The notes beneath the pieces are model-generated. The model was not told where the DNA came from, ran no database searches, and saw only the letters and a list, made by a program, of their open reading frames with translations. 57,387 nt of DNA, from assembly GCA_034927595.1 (NCBI GenBank), contig JAYFPQ010000085.1:1-57387 (forward strand), given 5' to 3'. Made by a program: the position numbers and the translations under genes. The stretch is from Christensenella sp. Lineage in GTDB: Bacteria > Bacillota > Clostridia > Christensenellales > CAG-138. Position 1 is the stretch's first letter, and each line of letters opens with the position of its first letter. Shown one piece after another: positions 8,238 through 17,864 of the stretch.

Positions 8238-9782
8238 ATGGACCAAAACAACATGGTTCTGGAAATGCGGAACATCAGCAAGCAGTTTCCCGGCGTCAAA
8301 GCGCTGGACGGCGTGTCCCTCGCGGTGCGCGCGGGCAGCGTCCACGCGGTCATGGGCGAAAACGGCGCGGGAAAGTCGACGCTGATGAAATGCGCCTTCG
8401 GCATCTATCAGCCGGACGAAGGCGAAGTGCTCGTGAACGGAGCGCCCGTTCACTTCGTCGATACGCGCGACGCAATCGACGCGGGTATTTCGATGATTCA
8501 CCAGGAGCTGCAGGTTGTTCGCAGCCGAAACGTCATGGAAAACGTTTGGCTCGGCCGAATTCCCTACAGGCGTACGCTGGGGGTCAAATGGGTCGATTAT
8601 AAATCGATGTACAAGAACACGCTGGAAATCTTTCAGGGGCTGGGAATTGAGATTGACCCCAAGGCAAATCTTTCGCGCCTCTCCGTTTCGTATTGCCAGC
8701 TCATCGAGATTGTTCGCGCGGTCTCAAGCGATGCAAAGGTCATCATTATGGACGAGCCGACCTCGTCGCTTTCCGAGAACGAAGCGGAACTGTTATTTCG
8801 AATTATCCGCCAACTCACGGCAAAAGGCGTTGCAATTATTTATATCTCCCACAAGATCGAAGAGATTTTGCAGATTTCCGACGAGGTCACCATCATGCGC
8901 GACGGCACGAAGGTTGGCACCTGGCCGGCCAGCGAGCTCGACAACCGCGCGATCATCAACCGCATGGTCGGCCGCGAAATGACGAACCGCTTCCCGGCGC
9001 GGGACTACGTGCGCGGAGACGTGCACCTCGAGGTTAAGAACCTCACTTCCGCCGACCCGAAGTCCTTTCAGGACGTCAGTTTCTCCGTTCGAAAGGGCGA
9101 AATCTTTGGCATCGGCGGCCTGATTGGCGCGCAGCGCACCGAGCTGATGGAGTCCATCTTTGGCCTGCGCGCGGTGAAGTCCGGCGAGATTGTCAAAGAC
9201 GGAAAAACCCTGCGCCATACTTGCGCGCGGGACGCGATTCGAAACGGCTTTGCGCTGCTCACGGAAGAACGGCGCGAGACGGGCATTATCCCGATGCTCT
9301 CCATCGTGGAGAACATGGTCATCGCGAACCAGGCGATCAACCGCAAGCGCTACACCGGTAAGATCGGGTTCCTGCGCTCAAAGAAGCGCAAGGAGGACAC
9401 CGCGAAATACGTCGACGCGCTCTCGATCAAGACGACGAGCATTGCCACGCAGATCAAGTACCTCTCCGGCGGCAATCAGCAGAAGGTGGTTCTCTCACGC
9501 TGGCTTTTGACCGAGCCGGACATTCTGATTCTGGACGAACCGACGCGCGGCATTGACATTGGCGCGAAGTACGAAATCTACTCGCTGCTGGTTGAAATGG
9601 CCAAACAGGGCAAGAGTATTCTAATCGTCTGCTCGGAGATGCCGGAGCTCATTGGCATGTCCGACCGCGTGATGGTCATGTGCGAAGGGCGCGTTTCCGG
9701 GTTCCTCGAAGGCGAGCAGATTCAGGATCAGGCGATCATGCACCTCGCCAGCTCTTATCAGAATCCGGCGGAACAGAACTAG
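8238..9782 (+). CDS. mglA: Sugar ABC transporter ATP-binding protein (two ABC domains)
   Basis: GENGAGKST, MDEPT, LSGGNQQK, DEPTRGID; AAGGAG before ATG 8238. Confidence 0.93.
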   Translation: MDQNNMVLEMRNISKQFPGVKALDGVSLAVRAGSVHAVMGENGAGKSTLMKCAFGIYQPDEGEVLVNGAPVHFVDTRDAIDAGISMIHQELQVVRSRNVMENVWLGRIPYRRTLGVKWVDYKSMYKNTLEIFQGLGIEIDPKANLSRLSVSYCQLIEIVRAVSSDAKVIIMDEPTSSLSENEAELLFRIIRQLTAKGVAIIYISHKIEEILQISDEVTIMRDGTKVGTWPASELDNRAIINRMVGREMTNRFPARDYVRGDVHLEVKNLTSADPKSFQDVSFSVRKGEIFGIGGLIGAQRTELMESIFGLRAVKSGEIVKDGKTLRHTCARDAIRNGFALLTEERRETGIIPMLSIVENMVIANQAINRKRYTGKIGFLRSKKRKEDTAKYVDALSIKTTSIATQIKYLSGGNQQKVVLSRWLLTEPDILILDEPTRGIDIGAKYEIYSLLVEMAKQGKSILIVCSEMPELIGMSDRVMVMCEGRVSGFLEGEQIQDQAIMHLASSYQNPAEQN

Positions 9783-9829
9783 TCTTATTAGAACTAGCCT
9801 TAACAGATCTTGGAAGGAAGAACCGATTT

Positions 9830-10834
9830 ATGAAAACGAAAAGCAAGTTTGATTTTCGGCTGTTCATGATGAACAACGCAATCTATGCCATCATGCTGGT
9901 CATGATTGCGCTGGTCGTCGTGATTAAGCCCTCGTTTTTCTCGCTGCGCGTGCTGCGCGACATCCTGATGCAGAGCAGCGTCCGCATCGTCGTTGCGCTG
10001 GGCTGTATGTTCGTCATCCTCTCCGGCTCGGCGGACCTTTCCGGCGGGCGCATGGTCGGCTTGACGGCGGTCATCGCCGGCTCGCTGGCGGAGCAGGCAA
10101 CCTACTACTTAAAATATTACGCAAACCTGCCGGAACTGCCCGGTTTCGTTCCGCTGCTGGTTGCGGTTCTCGTTGGCCTGCTCTTCGGCCTGTTCAACGG
10201 CCTCGTGGTCTCCAAACTGAAGGTACCCGCGTTTCTGGCCACGCTGGGCACGGCCATGCTCGCGTTTGGCATCGCGAATCTTTATATGGACGCCGAACCG
10301 AACAGCTCCCAGCCGCTCGGCAGCTATACCGCCGGGTTTAAGGCGATTGGCTCCGGTTCGTTCCACGACATCCCCTACATTCTGCTCATCGCGCTGGCCT
10401 GCGTTGCCATCGTTTGGATTCTGCAGAACAAGACGGTGCTCGGCAAGGAAATCTTTGCCGTCGGCGGCAACATGGAAGCGGCCAAGGTCAGCGGCATCAA
10501 CGTGCTCAAGATTCAGCTTTTCACGTTTGCCATTGCGGGCGCGCTCTACGGGCTCGGCGGCGCGCTGGAAGCGGCGCGCACGGGCAGCGGCACGGCGGCC
10601 TACGGCGCGGGCTATGAGCTGGACGCCATCGCGGCCTGCATCATCGGTGGCTGCTCGGCGGGCGGCGGCATCGGCGGCGTCGGCGGCGTGGTCGCGGGCG
10701 TCATCATCTTCAACATCATGAGCTATGGTCTGACGTTTATCGGTCTGAGCCCGTATTGGCAGTATGTTGCCAAGGGACTCATCATCATTGCCGCGGTGGC
10801 GATCGACGTTCGGAAATACGCCAGAAAACACTAA
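9830..10834 (+). CDS. mglC: Sugar ABC transporter permease
   Basis: DLSGGR, VPAFLATLG, AVGGNMEAAKVSGI, YELDAIAACIIGG. Confidence 0.9.
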   Translation: MKTKSKFDFRLFMMNNAIYAIMLVMIALVVVIKPSFFSLRVLRDILMQSSVRIVVALGCMFVILSGSADLSGGRMVGLTAVIAGSLAEQATYYLKYYANLPELPGFVPLLVAVLVGLLFGLFNGLVVSKLKVPAFLATLGTAMLAFGIANLYMDAEPNSSQPLGSYTAGFKAIGSGSFHDIPYILLIALACVAIVWILQNKTVLGKEIFAVGGNMEAAKVSGINVLKIQLFTFAIAGALYGLGGALEAARTGSGTAAYGAGYELDAIAACIIGGCSAGGGIGGVGGVVAGVIIFNIMSYGLTFIGLSPYWQYVAKGLIIIAAVAIDVRKYARKH

Positions 10835-10845
10835 GGGGAACCAAC

Positions 10846-11637
10846 ATGGCATTTTTTGACGGGGTTCTCTATTCCAAATCACTGCAGATTGACACGCGCC
10901 TTGCCGTGATTCTGCCGCAGGACAGCCGCGAAGCGCGCGTGGACGCGCCCGCGCAGAAGCCGACCAACGCGCCCCAGCGGACGCTGATTTTGCTGCACGG
11001 CCTGTCGGACAACGCCGCCGCGTGGTGGATGCGCACGTCGATCATCCGCTACGCCGAAGCGCACGGAATCGCGGTGCTCATGCCGCAGGGCGAGAAGAGC
11101 TTTTACCACGACATGGTCTTTGGCGACGACTACTTTACTTACCTGACGGAGGAGCTGCCGCAGATGGCTTCGCGCCTGTTCGGGCTGTCCGTCGCGCCGG
11201 AAGATCTGATGATTGCGGGGCTTTCCATGGGCGGTTACGGCGCGCTGCGCTGCGCGCTGACCTATCCGGAGCGCTACCGCGCCTGCGCCGCGTTTTCGAG
11301 CGCCTGCGATATTCGGCAGATTTCCGAACACGCGGAGGTCATTGAGCAGACGAAGGGTATCCACCAGACGTTTGAGGCGATCTTCGGCTCGCCCGTCTCG
11401 GTGCCGGATTCGAGCGACCTGTTTGTGCTCGCGAAACAAAACGCCGAGCGGCTGAAGCACCTGCAGCTGTATTTGGCCTGCGGGCGGCAGGACTTTCTCT
11501 ACGAAGCCAACGTTCGCCTCGCGGGAGAAATGCGAAACGCGCCGCTTTCGCGCCTGCTCTACGAGGAATGGGACGGCACACACGAATGGGGTTTCTGGGA
11601 CACGGCGATTCAAAAAGCACTGAACTGGATCGAATAG
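10846..11637 (+). CDS. alpha/beta-hydrolase esterase (XynC/CE1-like)
   Basis: LLHG, GLSMGGYGA nucleophile elbow, CGRQDFL, GTHEWGFW. Confidence 0.9.
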   Translation: MAFFDGVLYSKSLQIDTRLAVILPQDSREARVDAPAQKPTNAPQRTLILLHGLSDNAAAWWMRTSIIRYAEAHGIAVLMPQGEKSFYHDMVFGDDYFTYLTEELPQMASRLFGLSVAPEDLMIAGLSMGGYGALRCALTYPERYRACAAFSSACDIRQISEHAEVIEQTKGIHQTFEAIFGSPVSVPDSSDLFVLAKQNAERLKHLQLYLACGRQDFLYEANVRLAGEMRNAPLSRLLYEEWDGTHEWGFWDTAIQKALNWIE

Positions 11638-11649
11638 CGAAGCAAAACA

Positions 11650-11683
11650 CCCGCGCTGCACCAAACGGCGCGGGTTCCTTTTC
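11650..11683 (+). terminator. Intrinsic terminator
   Basis: ACCCGCGCTG...CGGCGCGGGT then TCCTTTT. Confidence 0.55.
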
Positions 11684-11721
11684 CGCAACGCAGCATGGAG
11701 TGAATATACGGTTCCCTCGTG

Positions 11722-11750
11722 TTGCAAACAAGTTGGGCGTTGTCTATAAT
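11722..11750 (+). promoter_or_regulatory. sigma70/SigA-like promoter of ROK gene
   Basis: TTGCAA-N17-TATAAT. Confidence 0.7.
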
Positions 11751-11801
11751 AGAGTTACCTAACAAATTGTCGTAACGAATAATGGTCGGAGAGAAAGCGC
11801 A

Positions 11802-13052
11802 ATGGAACACGAAAACAGGCCTTCGCAGGTTGCGATTCCCAAGGAACTCAAGGTGAAAAACCGCCAGACGGTGCTCACCGCGTTCCTGCGCGGGGAACCG
11901 CTGACCGCTGTGGAAATATCCGAAAAAACGCGTATCAGCCGCCAGACCGTGCAAAAGAGCATTGAACATTTCTTGAGCAACGAACTGCTCGTGCCTTTTG
12001 GAAAAGGTACTTCGGGCAGCCTCGGCGGCAAGCGGCCGGAGCTCTATGTGCTCAATCCGGACCTGTATTTTCTCGCGATTCAAAACCGCGAGGGCGGCTT
12101 TGTCTTCTCGCTGACCAACCTCGCCGGAACCGTGATCCGCAGCGGACTCTGCATGCACGGGGACAACAAAACGCCGGAGGACATCTACCGCGCGCTGTCA
12201 AATTATGCGGCCTCGTTCTTTACGCCAGAGGAGCGCGCGCATCTGCTGGGGGTTTGCTACTCGCTCGGCGGCGTCATCGACCGCAAGACGGGGCGCATTC
12301 GCTACAACCTCGCGTATATGACGATGCCCTCGGAGGAGGATTTGGACTACAACCGGCTCACGGAGATTTTTCCAACCGCGCGATATGCGATTGTCGAGAA
12401 CGACGCCCGCATCGCCGCGTTCGCAACGCTAAAGGAGCACGCGGATCGCTTTGAGGACGTGCAGGCGATTACGGTGTTCGCCGGCGTTGGCATTGCGGGC
12501 GGGTTCTTCAGCGACGGAAAAATGATCTTTGGCTGCCACTCGCTCGTGGGCGAAATCGGGCACATCGTCGTTGACCCCGGCGATGCGGAGCTCTGCAAAT
12601 GCGGCAACCACGGCTGCCTGGAGCGGCTGGTCAGCATTCAGCGGTTGCGCTCGCTGCTCACGCGCGACCCGGCGCGGTATCAAAAGAGCGCACTCGGCGG
12701 ACGGGCGATTGAGTCGATTGAGTACACGGATGTGTTTGAGGCCTCCGGCGCGGGGGACGCGCTTTGCCGCGAAGTTTCCGAATACATTGCGCACTGGTTT
12801 GCCGCGGCGCTCAAGAGTATATTTGTCACGTTCGACCCGCAGATCGTGATCTTTCAGGGCTATTTCGCGTTTGCGGACGAATACTTCAAGCAGGTGCTGC
12901 TCGAAGAGGTAAAGAAATTTCTTTACTATCCGTCGAACCACAAGCTGGAGCTGGTCTTTGACCGGCGCAGCTGGGCCGAGGTGGAGACGATCGGCGCGGT
13001 CGCCGCGCTGAGCACGCGGATTCTGGAGGACGACAGCGTCTTTGCGGGATAA
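11802..13052 (+). CDS. ROK-family transcriptional regulator
   Basis: N-terminal HTH, GGKRP, ENDA, GEIGH, CKCGNHGCLE. Confidence 0.92.
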   Translation: MEHENRPSQVAIPKELKVKNRQTVLTAFLRGEPLTAVEISEKTRISRQTVQKSIEHFLSNELLVPFGKGTSGSLGGKRPELYVLNPDLYFLAIQNREGGFVFSLTNLAGTVIRSGLCMHGDNKTPEDIYRALSNYAASFFTPEERAHLLGVCYSLGGVIDRKTGRIRYNLAYMTMPSEEDLDYNRLTEIFPTARYAIVENDARIAAFATLKEHADRFEDVQAITVFAGVGIAGGFFSDGKMIFGCHSLVGEIGHIVVDPGDAELCKCGNHGCLERLVSIQRLRSLLTRDPARYQKSALGGRAIESIEYTDVFEASGAGDALCREVSEYIAHWFAAALKSIFVTFDPQIVIFQGYFAFADEYFKQVLLEEVKKFLYYPSNHKLELVFDRRSWAEVETIGAVAALSTRILEDDSVFAG

Positions 13053-13069
13053 CTCCATACGAGAATCTT

Positions 13070-13098
13070 GCACGCGGAGAAACACCGCGTGCTTTTTT
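13070..13098 (+). terminator. Intrinsic terminator
   Basis: GCACGCGG...CCGCGTGC followed by TTTTTT. Confidence 0.75.
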
Positions 13099-13245
13099 GT
13101 TTTCGGTTTCGCTCGATACAGGGAAATTGACGACGATTCCGAAAGAAGCATTGCCCCGGCCCTGCCGAATCTGGTAAGATGGCGACGGACCATACCGAAT
13201 GCTCGAGCATGGTCCAATGCTTCGATAGATGAGAGGATACACACC

Positions 13246-14532
13246 ATGGCAAACGTCAACGCGGTCGTCGCGCTGGGCGGCGGCCCTTCGCCCGTCATCA
13301 ACGCTTCGCTGCTCGGCGCCGTCAAGCGCTGCTTCGATTACAACGACCGAATCCAAACGGTCTACGCGGCGAAACACGGCATTGAGGGCGTGCTGCGCGA
13401 GGAATTGATCGACATGAACGCGCAGGATCCCGCGGAGCTGGAACGGCTGATCCATACGCCCGGCTCCGGCGCGGTCGGCACCTGCCGCTACAAGCTGAAC
13501 AACGAATGCGAGGAGGACTTTTCGCGCATTCTCGACGTGTTTGCCGCGCACGACGTCGGGTACTTCTTCTACATTGGCGGCAACGACTCCATGGACACCG
13601 CGGACAAGGTATCCAAGCTTGCGCATCAGCGCGGCTACGACCTCATCGTGGCGGGGATTCCGAAGACGATTGATAACGATCTCGGCGACGAGGCGTTTAC
13701 CATCATTGACCATACGCCCGGCTACGCCAGCGCGGCACGCTACTGGGCAAACATCATTCAGATTACAAACGAGGAAAACCGGGGCATGCGCGTTTCCGAG
13801 CCGGTCGCGGTGCTGCAGGCGATGGGACGCAAAGCGGGCTACATCACGGCGGCGGCGCGGCTTGCAGACCCGAACCGCGAGATGCCGCTCCAGCTGTATT
13901 TTGCGGAGTCCGGCCACAACCTCGATTCGATGACGGAACTTGTGCATGCCGAACTCAAGCGCAGCGGGCGCTGCATCGTCGTCGTCAACGAAGGGTTCGA
14001 CGTAGGCTCGCTGGGCGAAGCGCGGGACGGGTTTGGCCACGTGGAGTATGGCGCGAGCCAGACGACCGCGGCGCAGGTGGTCGTCAATCACCTGAACCGC
14101 TCGAAACTGCCGGTGCGCGGCAACGCAACCGGTCAGGTGCCGGGAATTCTTCAGCGCTCTACATCGATCTTTCGCTCCAAAGTGGACATCCAGGAGGCAT
14201 ACGAGGTTGGCGCCTACGCGGTGGATATGGCGATGTCGGATGGAACGGGCTATATGGCGACCATTCTGCGCGCGCCGGGGGCGACGTATCGCGCCGTATA
14301 TGACAAGGTTTCGCTGCGAACGGTGGCCAACTCCGAGCGGCATTTGCCGAAGAGCTGGATTGCGCCAAACGGAATTGACGTAACGGACGATTTTCTCCGC
14401 TACGCGGAACCGCTGCTGGGCGACGGCTGGCCGGAGATTCCGGTCGAAAACGGGCTCCAGCGCTTTGCGCGGCTGAAGACGGAGACGATTGCAAAGCGCC
14501 TCGATACCTACGTTCCCTTTCAGCATCGTTAA
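13246..14532 (+). CDS. pfp: Pyrophosphate-dependent phosphofructokinase
   Basis: GGGPSPVIN, GGNDS (Asp typical of PPi-PFK), PKTIDND, MGR; GAGG before ATG 13246. Confidence 0.85.
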   Translation: MANVNAVVALGGGPSPVINASLLGAVKRCFDYNDRIQTVYAAKHGIEGVLREELIDMNAQDPAELERLIHTPGSGAVGTCRYKLNNECEEDFSRILDVFAAHDVGYFFYIGGNDSMDTADKVSKLAHQRGYDLIVAGIPKTIDNDLGDEAFTIIDHTPGYASAARYWANIIQITNEENRGMRVSEPVAVLQAMGRKAGYITAAARLADPNREMPLQLYFAESGHNLDSMTELVHAELKRSGRCIVVVNEGFDVGSLGEARDGFGHVEYGASQTTAAQVVVNHLNRSKLPVRGNATGQVPGILQRSTSIFRSKVDIQEAYEVGAYAVDMAMSDGTGYMATILRAPGATYRAVYDKVSLRTVANSERHLPKSWIAPNGIDVTDDFLRYAEPLLGDGWPEIPVENGLQRFARLKTETIAKRLDTYVPFQHR

Positions 14533-14591
14533 ACCGTTTCAAGCAATCCGCAACTTGATTTGATCCAAAGAATAAAAGAATACATGCAATA

Positions 14592-14628
14592 AAGGCCGGA
14601 AGGAGAGCTTTCCGGCTTTTGTTTTTTT
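14592..14628 (+). terminator. Intrinsic terminator
   Basis: GCCGGAA...TTCCGGC followed by a T run. Confidence 0.75.
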
Positions 14629-14834
14629 GATGATACAGACGCAGGATACACAGCAACGGTATGCTACGAAACCAACGTTTTCGATGTCAAGCAAGATCGA
14701 CTCAGGAAGCGCAACATTCGCAATGTATCTAGCAAGAATAGGATAGAACCTGTCGAATCCGGTTGATATGATAGAGTGGAATTGAAACAGCATATCTTAT
14801 CGATCGAATCGGTTCACGGACGGAGAAAAAGAAT

Positions 14835-16235
14835 ATGCAGCACGCGTTCAGCGAAGACCTGTTTTTGACAAACGCAACCGGAAAACACCTATACGAGCGG
14901 TACGCCAAGGATCTGCCAATCGTGGATTTCCACTGCCACCTCGTGCCGAAGGAGATCTACGAGAACAAGCCGTTTCAGGATCTCGGCGAAATGTGGCTGG
15001 CGCATGATCACTACAAATGGCGCGCCATGCGCACGTTTGGCATCGGCGAGCGGCTGATCACCGGCGACGCAAGCTGCTTTGAAAAGTTTCTCGCGTTTGC
15101 CGCGATTCTGCCGGAGCTGATCGGCAACCCGCTCTACATCTGGTGCGCGCTGGAGCTCAAGCGGTTTTTCGACATCGACGAACCGCTCTGTATGCAGAAC
15201 GCCGCCCGCATTTACGAGCAAACGAAGGCGCTCATTCAGGCTGAGGGGATGTGCCCGCGCTGGTGCATGGAGCGCGCAAACGTCGAACTGGTCTGCACGA
15301 CGGACGATCCGGTGGATGACCTGCACTACCATCGCCTGCTTCGAGAGGATTCGTCGTTTCCTGTTCGCGTGATGCCCGCGTTTCGACCGGACAAGGCGAT
15401 GAACTGCGAGAAAGTACCGTTTCGGGGGTATTTAGACGAGCTGGAGACCGTCGTCGGCGAACCGATCGGCTCGTTTTCCGCGTTGATTTCCGCGCTGGAG
15501 CGGCGGCTGCTGGCGTTTCAAAGCGTCGGAAGCAGCATCAGCGACGCGGGCGTGGACAACTTTCTTTGGCAGGAGGCGACCGACGCCGAGCTGGACGAGA
15601 TCGTCCTTCGCGCGCGCCGCGGCGAACCGCTGACGCGGATGCAGGTGAATCAGTACCGGAGCGCGTTTCTGCTGAACATGGGTCGCGTGTACGCGAAACA
15701 CGGGTTCGTCATGCAGATTCACATTGGCGCATATCGAAACGCCAACCGTGCGATGGCGGCGGCGCTCGGCCCCGACACGGGCTACGATTGCATGGACAGC
15801 GCAAACGACCTAAGCGCAATGGCGTCGCTGCTCAACGCGCTCAACGATGCGGGGAGCCTGCCGAAGACGATTCTCTACCCGCTGAATCCGGCGGATATGG
15901 AGCCTTACGCGGTGCTCGCCGCGGCGTTCTGCAAGGCGCCCACTCGGGGGTTGGTTCAGCTCGGTGCGCCCTGGTGGTTCAACGATCAGGTGCACGGCAT
16001 GGATCGGCAGTTTGCGGCGGTGGCAAACCTATATCCCGTCGCCCTGTCCGTCGGCATGCTGACCGACAGCCGTAGCTTTTTGAGCTACCCGCGACACGAG
16101 CTCTACCGCCGCGTGTTCTGCAATTATCTCGGCGGGCTGATCGAACGCGGGGAGTATTTCTCCGGCGAGGATGAGCAGAAGAAAATCGTGGAAAACGTCT
16201 GTTACCGCAACGTGGTGGCATATTTCGGGCTGTAA
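14835..16235 (+). CDS. uxaC: Uronate (glucuronate/galacturonate) isomerase
   Basis: DFHCHL, DHYKWRAMR, GNPLY, CTTDDP, WWFND, GMLTDSRSFLSYPRHE. Confidence 0.96.
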   Translation: MQHAFSEDLFLTNATGKHLYERYAKDLPIVDFHCHLVPKEIYENKPFQDLGEMWLAHDHYKWRAMRTFGIGERLITGDASCFEKFLAFAAILPELIGNPLYIWCALELKRFFDIDEPLCMQNAARIYEQTKALIQAEGMCPRWCMERANVELVCTTDDPVDDLHYHRLLREDSSFPVRVMPAFRPDKAMNCEKVPFRGYLDELETVVGEPIGSFSALISALERRLLAFQSVGSSISDAGVDNFLWQEATDAELDEIVLRARRGEPLTRMQVNQYRSAFLLNMGRVYAKHGFVMQIHIGAYRNANRAMAAALGPDTGYDCMDSANDLSAMASLLNALNDAGSLPKTILYPLNPADMEPYAVLAAAFCKAPTRGLVQLGAPWWFNDQVHGMDRQFAAVANLYPVALSVGMLTDSRSFLSYPRHELYRRVFCNYLGGLIERGEYFSGEDEQKKIVENVCYRNVVAYFGL

Positions 16236-16286
16236 TTCGGGCGAAACGTCTGTAATGTGCGCATTCGAAACAGGACAGGAGATCAT

Positions 16287-17684
16287 ATGAACGTCTACCC
16301 AAGATCGGAACATCGCTTGGCGAAGGGTACCGTCTGTATGGTGCGCGGGGAAGACGCGGACTACCTATGCGTGTCCGGCACGAACCCCGGCTTTGCCGGC
16401 GAAATCTCGGACGGGGTGTTTCTCGCGCCGCTGACGCACGAAAACGCCGAGGTGCTCCGCGCGGTTTTTCCGTTTACCGCGCCAAAGCCGGTATTGAGCG
16501 AGCGGCGCACGTTTGGCGTTGGCGACCGGCTCGGCATTGCGACGCCCGGGCATCTGCGCGTGTTTGAAGCATACGACGCGCTGCCCGTGCTCGCGCAGCA
16601 GTCCGTTCGCGAGCTGAACCTGACGAAGCGCACGTTTACGGATGTGCTGGACTGCGCGTCGTTTGCGGTGTTTCGGGAAGACTTTCAGCGCGGGTTTGGC
16701 GCGGACGGCGATCATCTCAAGACGGACGAAGAGGTGGAATACGCGCTCGCCAACGGATATACGATGATTACGCTCGATTGCAGCGAGCACATACGAAACG
16801 ACGCTGCCGGGTGGACGGACGAGGCGGTCGACGCCGCCTACTGTCCACGCGCCGACTGGGAGGCGCTCTACTGCGACAAAACGTTTGCCGTGGAGGATCA
16901 GCGCGTCTCGTTCAACCAGCGGGACTTTCGCCGCGCGTGCCTGATTTATGGCGACGCGCTGGATCACGCCGCGCGCATCTACGAAACGCACCTCCGCGAT
17001 AAAGCGGTCGATTTTGAAATCTCCATCGACGAAACCACCACGCCGACGACGCCCGCGCAGCACTACTTTGTGGCGAGCGAGCTGCTCCGCCGCGGGGTAC
17101 AGTTTGCGACCATCGCGCCGCGCTTTTGCGGCGAGTTTCAAAAGGGCATCGACTACGTTGGCGATCTTGAGCAGTTCGAAGCCGAGCTGCGCGTGCACGC
17201 CGCGATTGCGAGAAGCCTCGGCTACAAGCTTTCGATTCACTCCGGATCGGACAAATTCTCCGTGTTTCCGCTCATCGGGCGGCTGACGCAGGGCAATTTT
17301 CACGTGAAGACCGCGGGCACGAACTGGCTGGAGGCGATGCGCGTGGTCGCGATGACGGAGCCCGCGCTTTATCGCGAGGTGCATTCGTTTGCGCTTCGTT
17401 CGTTTGAAGAAGCGAAGCGATACTACCACGTGACCACCGATCTTGCCAAAATTCCTGCGCTCGACACGTTGACGAATACGGAGCTGCCGGGCTTGTTTGA
17501 GCAGAACGACGCGCGCCAGTTGATTCACATTACCTATGGGTTGATTCTAAACGCGGCGGACGAGCGCGGCGCGAATCTCTGGAAACAGCGGCTCTATCGC
17601 TGCTGGCGCGAGCACGACGGGCTGTATTACGACCGACTCGAGGCGCACGTTGGCCGCCATCTCGCGCTGCTGGCGGGGGAATAG
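16287..17684 (+). CDS. uxaE: Tagaturonate/fructuronate epimerase
   Basis: FGVGDRLG, AQQSVRE, GADGDHLK, FEISIDE, GEFQKG, SIHSGSDKF, HVKTAGT. Confidence 0.93.
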   Translation: MNVYPRSEHRLAKGTVCMVRGEDADYLCVSGTNPGFAGEISDGVFLAPLTHENAEVLRAVFPFTAPKPVLSERRTFGVGDRLGIATPGHLRVFEAYDALPVLAQQSVRELNLTKRTFTDVLDCASFAVFREDFQRGFGADGDHLKTDEEVEYALANGYTMITLDCSEHIRNDAAGWTDEAVDAAYCPRADWEALYCDKTFAVEDQRVSFNQRDFRRACLIYGDALDHAARIYETHLRDKAVDFEISIDETTTPTTPAQHYFVASELLRRGVQFATIAPRFCGEFQKGIDYVGDLEQFEAELRVHAAIARSLGYKLSIHSGSDKFSVFPLIGRLTQGNFHVKTAGTNWLEAMRVVAMTEPALYREVHSFALRSFEEAKRYYHVTTDLAKIPALDTLTNTELPGLFEQNDARQLIHITYGLILNAADERGANLWKQRLYRCWREHDGLYYDRLEAHVGRHLALLAGE

Positions 17685-17864
17685 ACTATTTCGTCCGCCT
17701 CCGGCGGAAACTTCTTTCAGCTAAAAAGAAAAATCAAATCGGCAAACTTCATTGTTTCGGATCAAACATCTTTCTAAATCAATCGACACTCGAACAACAG
17801 AACCAGCATTATTTGGAACCAATTCAGCATTCATTTCAAATCGGATGGAAAGGTATTGGCATTT

